From an uncultured Rubrivivax sp. (GTDB lineage: Bacteria > Pseudomonadota > Gammaproteobacteria > Burkholderiales > Burkholderiaceae_C), in assembly GCA_964637205.1 (NCBI GenBank), contig CAZWUR010000006.1, positions 5,780-69,779 of the forward strand: a stretch of 64,000 nucleotides of DNA, given 5' to 3'. The notes beneath the pieces are model-generated. The model saw nothing but the letters and a program-made list of their open reading frames with translations, ran no database searches and was not told the DNA's origin. This document shows, in pieces, positions 41,247 to 50,693 of this stretch; position 1 is the first letter of the stretch, and each line of letters begins with the position of its first letter. The position numbers were made by a program, and so were the translations under genes.

Positions 41247-42755
41247 TCAATCGGCTTCCCGGCGCAGGGCCGGGAAGAGGATCACGTCGCGGATGCTGGC
41301 GCTGTCGGTGAGCAGCATCACCAGGCGGTCGATGCCGATGCCGCAGCCGCCGGCCGGCGGCATGCCGTATTCGAGCGCGCGGATGAAGTCGGCGTCGTAG
41401 TACATGGCCTCGTCGTCGCCGGCTTCCTTGTTCGCCACCTGGGCCAGGAAACGTGCCGCCTGGTCCTCGGCGTCGTTGAGCTCGGAGAATCCGTTGGCGA
41501 TCTCGCGGCCGGTCATGAAGAGCTCGAAGCGCTCGGTCACCGTCGGGTCGGTGTCGGAGGCGCGTGCCAGCGGCGAGACTTCGACCGGGTAGTCGACGAT
41601 GAAGGTCGGCTGCCAGAGCTGGTCCTCGACCGCCGCCTCGAAGAGGCCGAACTGCAGTTCGGCCAGCGTCCAGTGCGCCGGCGGCGCCTCGCCCAGCGCC
41701 TTCAGCCGCGCGTGCAGCACCGCCCCGTCGGCGGCTTCGGCATCGCTGAGGCCGGCGTGCATCACCAGCGCCTGGCGCACCGAAAGGCGGGCAAAAGGCT
41801 GCTCCAGGTTGATCTCGCGCCCGCCGTAGGCCACCACCGCCGAGCCGGTGGCCTGGCGCGCCGCGTGGCGCAGCACCTGTTCCGTGAAGTCCATCAGCTC
41901 GCGGTGCGTCCAGTACGCCGCGTAGAACTCCATCATCGTGAACTCGGGGTTGTGGCGGACGCTGATCCCTTCGTTGCGAAAGCTGCGGTTGATCTCGAAG
42001 ACACGTTCGAAGCCGCCCACCAGCAGCCGCTTCAGGTACAGCTCAGGCGCGATGCGCAGGAACATCTCCTGGTCGAGCGCGTTGTGGTGGGTGCTGAAGG
42101 GCCGCGCATTGGCCCCGCCCGGGATCGGGTGCAGCATCGGCGTCTCGACCTCGAGAAAACCATGCTCGACCATGAAGCCGCGGATCGAGCTCACGGCCTT
42201 GCTGCGCGCGACGAAACGCGCCCTGGCGGCGTCGTCGGTCATCAGGTCGACGTAGCGCTGGCGGTACTTCTGTTCCTGGTCGGTCATGCCGTGGAACTTG
42301 TCGGGCAGCGGGCGCAGGCTCTTGGTCAGCAGGCGCAGCTGCGTCGCCTTGATCGACAGTTCACCGGTGCGGGTGCGAAACAGCAGGCCCTCGCAGCCCA
42401 GGATGTCGCCCAGGTCCCAGTGCTTGAACTCGGCCAGGCCCTCGGCGCCCACCGCGTCCTGCGTGATGTAGAGCTGGATGCGGCCGGTGCCGTCCTGCAG
42501 GGTCGCGAAACAGGCCTTGCCCATGATGCGCTTGAGCATCATGCGGCCGGCCACCGAGACCCGCACGCCCTGCGGCTCGAGCTCCTCGTTGGGCACCTGG
42601 CCATGGCGATGCTGCAGGTCGGCCGCGTGGTGGGCCGGCCGGAAGTCGTTCGGGAAGGCGATGCCCCGGGCGCGGATCGCGGCCAGTTTCTGGCGCCGTT
42701 CGGCGATCAGCTGGTTTTCGTCGGCAGCGCTTGTTTGCAGGGGCTCTAGGGACAT
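41247..42755 (-). CDS. lysS: Lysine--tRNA ligase (class II)
   Basis: [48 protein letters not shown]. Confidence 0.98.
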   Translation of the reverse strand: MSLEPLQTSAADENQLIAERRQKLAAIRARGIAFPNDFRPAHHAADLQHRHGQVPNEELEPQGVRVSVAGRMMLKRIMGKACFATLQDGTGRIQLYITQDAVGAEGLAEFKHWDLGDILGCEGLLFRTRTGELSIKATQLRLLTKSLRPLPDKFHGMTDQEQKYRQRYVDLMTDDAARARFVARSKAVSSIRGFMVEHGFLEVETPMLHPIPGGANARPFSTHHNALDQEMFLRIAPELYLKRLLVGGFERVFEINRSFRNEGISVRHNPEFTMMEFYAAYWTHRELMDFTEQVLRHAARQATGSAVVAYGGREINLEQPFARLSVRQALVMHAGLSDAEAADGAVLHARLKALGEAPPAHWTLAELQFGLFEAAVEDQLWQPTFIVDYPVEVSPLARASDTDPTVTERFELFMTGREIANGFSELNDAEDQAARFLAQVANKEAGDDEAMYYDADFIRALEYGMPPAGGCGIGIDRLVMLLTDSASIRDVILFPALRREAD

Positions 42756-42778
42756 GGTGCGGGCTCGGGAGAAGCCGG

Positions 42779-42806
42779 GATTCTAGGCGGGCCCCCCGAT
42801 AGAATC
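42779..42806. promoter_or_regulatory. Back-to-back -10 elements for lysS and the glycan operon
   Basis: GATTCTA (42779-42785) N14 TAGAATC (42800-42806): TAGAAT on each strand. Confidence 0.55.
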
Positions 42807-42895
42807 TGCCGCGAATCCACCTTGCCGATGTTGTCCCGCCCGCGAACCTGCTCCCGCGCACCCGCCCGTCGGGTCCGGACGGGTGGCTGAGGCCG

Positions 42896-44173
42896 ATGCT
42901 GCGCCGCGACACGGCGCTGTATGGCGGCGCCGTCCTCGTCGACCGCCTGCTCGCGCTGCTGCTGCTGCCCCTGCTGACGCGGGCCATCGGCGCCGCCGAC
43001 TACGGCGCCTGGACGCAGACCCTGGTCGGCGCCGGCCTGCTCCTGCCCCTGGTGCTGTTCGCTTTTCCGACCACCATCGTGCGCAGCTTCGCGGCCGCCG
43101 CGCGCGCGCAGGAACGGCTGCCCGGCTTTGTCCGCCTGGGCGCCATCGCGCTGGCCCTGCTTGCCGCCACGGCCGGTCTGCTGTGGCTGGCCCGGGTGCC
43201 GCTGGCGCGCTGGATCTGGGGCGACGAGGCGCGCGCCGTGCTGATGCCGGCGCTGGCCGCGGTGCTGGCCGGCGACGCGGCGCTCGAGTTTGCCAATGCC
43301 TGGCTGCGTGCGGCCGGCCGCATCGGCTGGATCGCCACCGCCCTGGTGCTGCGCAGCGTGCTGCGCTACGCCGTGATCTGGGTGCTGGTGGCGCCGGGCG
43401 GCGTGGCGCTGGCCGACTGGCTGCCGGTGTATGCCGGCGTCCAGGCGGCGCTGGGCCTGGCCCTGCTCGCTCTGGCCCTGCTGGCCTTGCGGCGCGCCGC
43501 CGCGTCGGCGCCGCCGGGCGGACCTGCGGCGGCCGAGCCGCTGGCGTCGCTGCTGCGCTTTTCGGCGCCGCTGGTGGCGCTGGCCCTGTTCAGTGCGCTC
43601 AACGCCAGCTTCGACCGCTTCCTGCTCGTGCGCGGCCTGGGCCTGGACGCGGTGGCGGTGTATGCCGCCGCAGTCTCGCTGTGCGCGGTGCCGGCGGCCC
43701 TGCACGGCGTGCTCGGCTTCACGCTGTTCCCGGTGCTCGCGCGCGCCTGGCACGAGCGCCGCTACGGCGAGGCGCGCCGGCTCACGCGCCGCACCCTGGC
43801 GCTGTTCAGCGCGGCGGCGCTGCCGACGGCCGCGGCCATCGCGATCGCCGGACCCTGGCTGCTGCCCTGGCTGGCCACCGCCGACTACCGGCCGCCCTGG
43901 CCGGTGTTCGCCGGCCAGGCGCTGGCAGTGCTGCTCTTCGGCCTGTACCAGATCCTGCTCTACCCCCTGCTGCTCGACGGGCGCAGCGGCCGGGTGCTGG
44001 GCATGGCCATCGGCGCCGCGGCGCTCAATGCGGGCCTGAACCTGATGCTGATTCCCGCACTGGGCATGAGCGGTGCGGCCTTGGCCGCGGCGCTGTGCAA
44101 CGCTGCGCTGCTGGCCTGGGCATGGCCGCAGGCGCGACGCGCCCTGGGCCGGGTCGACGATGAGCGAGTTTGA
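42896..44173 (+). CDS. wzx: Wzx-type oligosaccharide flippase
   Basis: About 12 TMs, LLLPLLTRAI...YG, DRFLL, NLMLIPALGMSGAA (PST/MOP exporter pattern). Confidence 0.85.
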   Translation: MLRRDTALYGGAVLVDRLLALLLLPLLTRAIGAADYGAWTQTLVGAGLLLPLVLFAFPTTIVRSFAAAARAQERLPGFVRLGAIALALLAATAGLLWLARVPLARWIWGDEARAVLMPALAAVLAGDAALEFANAWLRAAGRIGWIATALVLRSVLRYAVIWVLVAPGGVALADWLPVYAGVQAALGLALLALALLALRRAAASAPPGGPAAAEPLASLLRFSAPLVALALFSALNASFDRFLLVRGLGLDAVAVYAAAVSLCAVPAALHGVLGFTLFPVLARAWHERRYGEARRLTRRTLALFSAAALPTAAAIAIAGPWLLPWLATADYRPPWPVFAGQALAVLLFGLYQILLYPLLLDGRSGRVLGMAIGAAALNAGLNLMLIPALGMSGAALAAALCNAALLAWAWPQARRALGRVDDERV

Positions 44174-44822
44174 GTCGCAGTATCGCCTGAGCCCGCGCGA
44201 CTACCTCGCGGGCCTGGACTTCTACACCTGGACGCGCCATTTCCATCTGCTGCACGACCTTGTCGCCCACGAACAGGGTGAGGTGCTGGAGGTCGGCACC
44301 GGCGACGGCGTGCTGCGCCGCTGCGTCACGCCCTTCGTGCGCCGCTACACGGTGATGGACATCAATGCGCAGTTGCAGCCCGACGTGCTGGCCGACCTGC
44401 TGGACCCGCCGGCCGCGCTGGCCGGCGCCTTCGACGCCGTGGTCTGCACCGAGGTGCTCGAACACCTGCCTTTCGAGAAGCTGCCCGTCGCGCTGGCGCA
44501 TCTGCACGGTTTCCTGCGTCCGGGCGGGCGGCTGTACCTGACCCTGCCGCACCGCAAGGGCCATGCGCTGTGGGTCACGCCGCGCCAGCGCCTGGTGGCG
44601 CTGCGCTTTCCGGTCGGCCTCACCAGCCTGTCGGAGGCCTGGAACCGTTTCGTGCGCCGCCGCATCTGGATCGACCCGCACCACCGCTGGGAGATCGGCG
44701 ACGGGCGCGTGCGCCGGGTGCATGTCGAGCAGGAATTGCAAACCGCGGGCCTGAGCACATTGGCCCTGCGTGCACTGCCGTACTGCGACTACTGGCGGCT
44801 GCAGCGCAGAAGCGGCGCATGA
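44160..44822 (+). CDS. Class I SAM-dependent methyltransferase
   Basis: VLEVGTGDG, DAVVCTEVLEHLP, HRWEIG. Confidence 0.85.
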   Translation: MSEFESQYRLSPRDYLAGLDFYTWTRHFHLLHDLVAHEQGEVLEVGTGDGVLRRCVTPFVRRYTVMDINAQLQPDVLADLLDPPAALAGAFDAVVCTEVLEHLPFEKLPVALAHLHGFLRPGGRLYLTLPHRKGHALWVTPRQRLVALRFPVGLTSLSEAWNRFVRRRIWIDPHHRWEIGDGRVRRVHVEQELQTAGLSTLALRALPYCDYWRLQRRSGA

Positions 44823-44832
44823 CGGGCGGCGC

Positions 44833-46161
44833 ATGAAGCTGCTGCTCGTCAGCCACTATTTCCCGCCGATGGGCGGGGCCGGCGTGCAGCGGGCGTTGAA
44901 GTTCGTGCGCTACCTGGGCGACTTCGGCGTGCAGCCGGTGGCCCTGGCCGGCGACGACCCGGGTTATCTGCAGGACCCGTCCCTGCTCGCCGAACTGCCG
45001 GCCGGGCTGCGCGTGCTGCGGGTGCCGCACCGCACTGCACTGCAGCGCATGCTGGCGCTGCGCCGCAGCCCGGCCGCAGATTCGACGGCCACGGCAGCGC
45101 CGCGCACCGCCGCACGCGACGCCCTGCTCGGCGCCTGGGCCGCCCTGCAATGGCCCGACGAACGCGGCGGCTGGGCGCGCGCGGCCTGGGCACCGGCGCG
45201 GCGGCTGCTGCGCGACGAAGGCATCGAGCTGGTGCTGAGCAGCGCGCCGCCGGTGGCCGCACATGCGCTGGCGCGCCGCCTGGCGCGCGATGCCGGGCTG
45301 CCCTGGGTGGCCGACTGGCGCGACCTCTGGGCCGACAACCCCGGCAACCCGGCGCCGGCCTGGCGTCGCGAGCTGGAGCGCCGGGTCGAAGCGCGCTGGC
45401 TGCGCGACGCCGCCGGTGTGGTGGCGGTGACGCCGGCCTGGCAGCGGCGCTATGCGGCGCAGCTGGGCGCGCGCTGCCCGGTGGCCTGGATCCCCAACGG
45501 CTACGACGAAGCCGACTTCGCCAGCCTGCCGGCCGTGCCCACCGACCCGGTCACGGCCGACGGCGCCCTGCGCCTGGTGCACACCGGCAGCTTCTACGGC
45601 CCGCGCGATCCGGCGCCCCTGCTCGACGCGCTGCACCGTCTGCTCGCCACCCGGCCACCCGGCGCGCGCGCGCTGAAACTGCGTCTGGTCGGCGCCCTGG
45701 GCGGCCGCTTCGAAGCGGCGCTGGCCGGCTTCGAAGCCCGCCACCCGGGCGTGATTGAACGCCGCCCCTATGTGCCGCATGCCGAGGCCCTGGCCGAGAT
45801 GCGGGCCGCCGACGCGCTGCTGCTCGTCGTCGGCGCCGGCGACGGCCGGCAGGCCGCCGTGGTCGCGGGTACCCTGCCGGGCAAACTTTTCGAGTACCTG
45901 CGTGCCGATCGCCCGGTGCTGCTGCTCGGCGACCCGGCCGGCGACGCCGCCGCGCTGCTGCGCCAGCATGGCCGCGGCTGGGTCGCTGACGAGACCCAGC
46001 CCGCGGCCATCGCCGCGGCCCTGGCCGCACTCTGCGACGCAAGGCCGGCACCGGCTTCGCCCAAGGCCGACGTGCCGCGTTTCGAGCGGCGCGCCCTGGC
46101 CGGCGAGCTGGCCAGCTTCCTGCGCGACTGCCGGGCGCGGTGGCAGGCCCGCCATGGCTGA
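44833..46161 (+). CDS. Glycosyltransferase (GT4-like)
   Basis: YFPPMGGAGVQR, WVADWRDLW, IPNGYD, PGKLFEY. Confidence 0.87.
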   Translation: MKLLLVSHYFPPMGGAGVQRALKFVRYLGDFGVQPVALAGDDPGYLQDPSLLAELPAGLRVLRVPHRTALQRMLALRRSPAADSTATAAPRTAARDALLGAWAALQWPDERGGWARAAWAPARRLLRDEGIELVLSSAPPVAAHALARRLARDAGLPWVADWRDLWADNPGNPAPAWRRELERRVEARWLRDAAGVVAVTPAWQRRYAAQLGARCPVAWIPNGYDEADFASLPAVPTDPVTADGALRLVHTGSFYGPRDPAPLLDALHRLLATRPPGARALKLRLVGALGGRFEAALAGFEARHPGVIERRPYVPHAEALAEMRAADALLLVVGAGDGRQAAVVAGTLPGKLFEYLRADRPVLLLGDPAGDAAALLRQHGRGWVADETQPAAIAAALAALCDARPAPASPKADVPRFERRALAGELASFLRDCRARWQARHG

Positions 46162-47221
46162 ACACCTGTGCCTGCTCGGCGACGCGAGCAGCGTGCACCT
46201 GCGGCGCTGGGCGCTGGCGATGCAGGCGCGAGGTTTCCGCATCAGCATCGTCACCGCCCGGCCACAGCCGCTGGACGGCGTCGAGCAGGTCGTGCTGCCG
46301 CCGGTGGCGCGCTCGTCCGACTGGCTGTGGCGTGTCGGCGCCGCGCGCCGCGCCGTCGCTGCACTGGCGCCCGACCTCGTGCACGCGCACTACGTCAGCT
46401 CCTACGGTTTTCTCGCCGCACGCATCGGCCGCCGCCCCCTGCTGATGACGGCCTGGGGCAGCGATCTGCTGCTGACGCCGCGCCGCAGCCGGCTGATGCG
46501 CTGGCTCACCGGCTGGACCCTGCAGCGTGCCGACCTGGTCACCGGCGACTCGCTGGACCTGCTGGCCGCCATCGACGCCTACCGGCCGCGCCGGCCGGCC
46601 GCGCTCGTGCACTGGGGCGCCGACCTGGCGCGCTTCGCGCCCGTGGCCTGGGATCAGCGGGCGCCGTTTGAAATCGTCAGCCTGCGCAGCTGGGAGCCCA
46701 ACTACCGCATTCCGGTGATCCTGGCCGCGGTGGCCATGCTGCACCGCGAGGCCCCCGAGCGCCCGCTGCACCTGCATCTGCTCGGCGGCGGCCCGGACGA
46801 AGGCGCCCTGCGGGCGCAGGCGGCGGTGCTCGGCCTGCAGGCGCTGGTCACGTTCCACGGCCGGCTCGACGACGCCGGCATGGCCGCCGTGCTGGCGCGC
46901 TGCAAGGCCTCGGTCTCGGTGCCGGCGAGCGACGCCACCTCGGTCAGCGTGCTCGAAAGCATGGCCGCCGGCGTGCCGGTGGTGGCCAGCGATCTGCCGG
47001 CGAATCGCCAGTGGCTGGGTGCCGAACCGGCGCTCATCGTGCCGGTGGACGACGCCGGCGCGCTGGCCGCGGCGCTGCGCCGGCTGCGCGACGACGAGAC
47101 CCTGGCGCAGCAGGTATCGGCGCAGCAACTCGCGCGCATGCGCCGCGACGGCGACCGCGACGTGCAGATGGGCCGCATGGCGGCGCTGTACCGTGAACTG
47201 CTGGCAGGATCGCGGCGATGA
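46154..47221 (+). CDS. Glycosyltransferase GT4
   Basis: PDLVHAHY, WGSD, SVLESMAAGVPVVASD. Confidence 0.88.
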   Translation: MAEHLCLLGDASSVHLRRWALAMQARGFRISIVTARPQPLDGVEQVVLPPVARSSDWLWRVGAARRAVAALAPDLVHAHYVSSYGFLAARIGRRPLLMTAWGSDLLLTPRRSRLMRWLTGWTLQRADLVTGDSLDLLAAIDAYRPRRPAALVHWGADLARFAPVAWDQRAPFEIVSLRSWEPNYRIPVILAAVAMLHREAPERPLHLHLLGGGPDEGALRAQAAVLGLQALVTFHGRLDDAGMAAVLARCKASVSVPASDATSVSVLESMAAGVPVVASDLPANRQWLGAEPALIVPVDDAGALAAALRRLRDDETLAQQVSAQQLARMRRDGDRDVQMGRMAALYRELLAGSRR

Positions 47222-48234
47222 AGGTCAGCGTGATCACCCCCTGCCGCAACGAAGCGCTGCACATCGAGGCCTTCGTCGCCTCGCTGCTCGCGCAGCGCCT
47301 GCCGGCCGATCTGACGCTGGAGATCGTGGTCGCCGACGGCCACAGCGACGACGGCACGCGCGAACAACTCGCGGCCCTGGCCGCAGGCGAGCCGCGCCTG
47401 CGCTGGATCGACAACCCGGCATGTTTCACCCCGGTGGCGCTGAACCGCGCCATCGACGCCGCCGAAGGCGAGATCATCGTGCGCATGGACGTGCACAGCA
47501 CCTATGCCGACGACTATGTGGCGCAATGTGTGGCCACGCTGCAGGCCACCGGCGCGGCCTGTGTCGGCGGCCCCTGGCGTGCCGCCGAGGCGCCCGGCCG
47601 AGCCGGCAGCATCGCCGCCGCCTTCGGCAGCGCCTTCGGCGCCGGTGGTGCCGCGTCTCGGCGGCTGGACTACAGCGGCGAGGTCGACACCGTCTACCTC
47701 GGCGCCTGGCGGCGCGAAACCCTGCTGCGCCTGGGCGGCTTCGACGAAACCCTGGTGCGCAACCAGGACGACGAACTCGCGCTGCGCATCGTGCGCGGCG
47801 GCGGCCGCATCTGGCAGAGTGCGGCCATCCGCTCCTGGTACGTGCCGCGCGCGTCGTTCACGGCGCTGTTCCGCCAGTTCCGCCAGTACGGCTACTGGAA
47901 GGTGGCGGTGATCCGCAAACACCGGCTGCCCGCTGCGCCGCGCCATCTGGTGCCCTTTGCCTTTGTCGCCGGGCTGGCGGGCCTGGCCCTGGCCGCGCCC
48001 TGGTCGCCCCTGGCGGCGATGTCGCTTGCGCTGCTGGTCGTGAGCTACGCATCGGCCGCGCTGGCCGCGGCGGCGGCCGTGGCGCGGCCCTGGCGGCGGC
48101 CGGCACGCTGGCTGGGCGTGGCCTGGGCCTTCGCCTGCATGCACTTCGGTTACGGCCTGGGTTTTGCGCAGGGCCTGACCGACCAGCTGCTGCGCCGCGG
48201 CGCCGGCGCCCAGGCCACCGGGCTGACGCGATGA
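47218..48234 (+). CDS. Glycosyltransferase GT2 (ExoA-like)
   Basis: VSVITPCRNE, ADGHSDDGT, RMDVH, RNQDDE, QYGYWK, C-terminal TMs. Confidence 0.9.
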   Translation: MKVSVITPCRNEALHIEAFVASLLAQRLPADLTLEIVVADGHSDDGTREQLAALAAGEPRLRWIDNPACFTPVALNRAIDAAEGEIIVRMDVHSTYADDYVAQCVATLQATGAACVGGPWRAAEAPGRAGSIAAAFGSAFGAGGAASRRLDYSGEVDTVYLGAWRRETLLRLGGFDETLVRNQDDELALRIVRGGGRIWQSAAIRSWYVPRASFTALFRQFRQYGYWKVAVIRKHRLPAAPRHLVPFAFVAGLAGLALAAPWSPLAAMSLALLVVSYASAALAAAAAVARPWRRPARWLGVAWAFACMHFGYGLGFAQGLTDQLLRRGAGAQATGLTR

Positions 48235-48929
48235 AACCAGCGCATGACGAAGCCGCGGCTGTGGTCGCGCGATATGCGCAGCGTGTGGACGACGGACGCT
48301 ACGACCCGCTGCGCCCCGAGGTCATGCTGGCGCGCCAGGAGCGCGAGCGCGTGCTGATCGGGCTGCTGCGTCGGCATCTGCAAAAGCCCCTGGGCACGGT
48401 GGATGCGCTGGAGGTCGGCTGCGGCAGCGGCGACAACCTGCTCGAACTGCTGCGCCTGGGCGCCGACCCGGCGCGCCTGGTCGGCAGCGAACTGCTGCCC
48501 GAGCGTGTCGCCGCCGCGCGTGCGCGGCTGCCCGCGGCGAGCGTGGTGCACGCCGGCGACGCGACGGCCCTGCCCTTCGGCCCGGCGTGTTTCGACCTCG
48601 TGCTCCAGGTCACCGTCTTCAGCTCCCTGCTCGACGACGATTTCCAGCAGCGCCTGGCCGACCGCATGTGGCACTGGCTGCGCCCCGGCGGCGCCGTGCT
48701 CTGGTACGACTTCAGCTGGGACAACCCGCGCAACCGGCATGTGCGCGGCGTGCCGATGGCGCGCGTGCGGGCGCTGTTCCCGCAGGCGACAATCGAGGCC
48801 CGCCGCGTGACGCTGGCGCCGCCCATCGGCCGCCGCGTCGCGGCCCTGCACCCGGCGCTGTGGCGCGCCTTCAACGGGCTGCCGCTGCTGCGCACGCACC
48901 GGCTGGCCTGGATCGGCAAACCCGAGTGA
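48231..48929 (+). CDS. Class I SAM-dependent methyltransferase
   Basis: [34 protein letters not shown] overlap with GT2. Confidence 0.87.
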   Translation: MKPAHDEAAAVVARYAQRVDDGRYDPLRPEVMLARQERERVLIGLLRRHLQKPLGTVDALEVGCGSGDNLLELLRLGADPARLVGSELLPERVAAARARLPAASVVHAGDATALPFGPACFDLVLQVTVFSSLLDDDFQQRLADRMWHWLRPGGAVLWYDFSWDNPRNRHVRGVPMARVRALFPQATIEARRVTLAPPIGRRVAALHPALWRAFNGLPLLRTHRLAWIGKPE

Positions 48930-48936
48930 TCCCCGC

Positions 48937-50094
48937 ATGAACCCACCGTTTCTGCCCTTCGCACTGCCGGAGATCGGCGACGAGGAGATCGCCGAGGTGG
49001 TCGACAGCCTGAAGAGCGGCTGGGTCACCACCGGCCCCAAGGCGCGCCGCTTCGAGCAGGACTTTGCCGCCTTCCTCGGCGACCCGGCCCTGCACTGTGT
49101 GGCCGTCAACTCCGCCACCGCCGGCCTGCACCTGGCGCTCGAAGCCCTGGGCATCGGCCCCGGCGACGAGGTCATCACCACCACCCACACCTTCACCGCC
49201 ACTGCCGAGGTCGTGCGCTATCTGGGTGCCGACGTGAAACTGGTCGACATCCACCCGACGACGCTGAACATTCACCCGGCCGCGGTCGAGGCCGCGATCA
49301 CGCCGCGCACCAAGGCCGTGATCCCGGTGCACTACGCCGGCCTGGCGGCCGACATGCACGCCATCGGTGCCATTGCGCGCCGGCATGGCCTGGCGCTGGT
49401 CGAGGACGCGGCGCACGCCCTGCCCAGCACGCATGGCGGGCGCCTGGTCGGCACGCTGGACAGCGCCGCCACGGTGTTCAGCTTCTACGCCAACAAGACC
49501 ATCACCACCGGCGAAGGCGGCATGCTCGTCACGCGCGATGCGGCGCTGGCCCGGCGGGCGATGGTGATGCGCCTGCACGGCATGAGCCGCGACGCTTTCG
49601 ACCGCTTCACCGCGACCCGGCCGAGCTGGCATTACGAGATCGTCGCCCCCGGCTTCAAGTACAACCTGACCGACATCGCCGCGGCCATCGGCATCCACCA
49701 GCTGAAGAAGGCGCGCCACTTCCAGGCCCGCCGCGCGGCCATCGCCGCCGCCTACGACGCTGCCTTTGCCGACCTGCCGCTGATCACGCCGCCGCGTGCG
49801 GCCGAGGGCGAGTTGCACGCCTGGCATCTGTACGCGCTGCGCCTGGCCGACGGCGCTGCGGTCGACCGCGACGCGCTCATCGAACGCCTGTTCGCCGCCG
49901 GCATCGGCTGCAGCGTGCATTACATCCCGCTGCACCTGCAGCCCTACTGGCGCGACCGTTACGCGCTGGCGCCGTCGATGTTCCCGCACAGCCAGCACGC
50001 CTTCGAGCACATGCTGAGCCTGCCGATCTACACGCGCATGAACGATGCCGACGTGGCGCGGGTGGCCGACGCGGTGCGCGCCGCGCTGCGCTGA
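48937..50094 (+). CDS. DegT/DnrJ/EryC1/StrS sugar aminotransferase
   Basis: [36 protein letters not shown]. Confidence 0.95.
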   Translation: MNPPFLPFALPEIGDEEIAEVVDSLKSGWVTTGPKARRFEQDFAAFLGDPALHCVAVNSATAGLHLALEALGIGPGDEVITTTHTFTATAEVVRYLGADVKLVDIHPTTLNIHPAAVEAAITPRTKAVIPVHYAGLAADMHAIGAIARRHGLALVEDAAHALPSTHGGRLVGTLDSAATVFSFYANKTITTGEGGMLVTRDAALARRAMVMRLHGMSRDAFDRFTATRPSWHYEIVAPGFKYNLTDIAAAIGIHQLKKARHFQARRAAIAAAYDAAFADLPLITPPRAAEGELHAWHLYALRLADGAAVDRDALIERLFAAGIGCSVHYIPLHLQPYWRDRYALAPSMFPHSQHAFEHMLSLPIYTRMNDADVARVADAVRAALR

Positions 50095-50099
50095 TCAAG

Positions 50100-50693
50100 G
50101 TGGGCAAACGCATGTTCGACATGCTGCTGGCGGGCCTGGGCCTGCTGCTGCTGTCGCCCCTGCTGATCGCCCTGGCGGCCTGGGTGCGGCTGGACTCGCC
50201 CGGGCCGGCGCTGTACCGGCAGCTGCGCGTCGGGCGGGGCGGCCAGCCCTTTGCCATCCACAAGTTCCGCACCATGTTCGTCGCCGCCGGCGGCCCGCCG
50301 CTGACGGTGGGCGACGACCCGCGCATCACGCGCGCCGGGCGTTTCCTGCGCCGCAGCCGGCTCGACGAGCTGCCGCAGTTCATCGATGTGCTGCAGGGCA
50401 CGATGAGCCTCGTCGGCCCGCGCCCCGAGGTGCCGCGCTACATGGACGCCGCGCCGCCGGCGCTGCGCGCGCGTGTGCTCGCCGTGCGCCCCGGCATGAC
50501 CGACCCGGTGGCGCTGGCGCATATCGACGAATCGGCGCTGCTGGCGCAGGCCGACGACCCGGAGCGGGTCTACCGCGAAACCCTGCTGCCGGCCAAGCTG
50601 CAGGCCGCGGCCGACTACGCCGAGCGCGCGACGCTGTGGACCGACCTGCAGGTGCTGCTGCGCACCGCGCGCGCATTGTGGTGGCGGCGATGA
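50100..50693 (+). CDS. Monotopic phosphoglycosyl transferase (PglC/WlbG-like)
   Basis: KRMFD, KFRTM, DPRIT, LDELPQ, MSLVGPRPE. Confidence 0.93.
   Translation: MGKRMFDMLLAGLGLLLLSPLLIALAAWVRLDSPGPALYRQLRVGRGGQPFAIHKFRTMFVAAGGPPLTVGDDPRITRAGRFLRRSRLDELPQFIDVLQGTMSLVGPRPEVPRYMDAAPPALRARVLAVRPGMTDPVALAHIDESALLAQADDPERVYRETLLPAKLQAAADYAERATLWTDLQVLLRTARALWWRR

Noticed and set aside
42756..42895. Genomic-island attachment site next to lysS
   Set aside because: No tRNA, integrase or flanking direct repeat visible in the window
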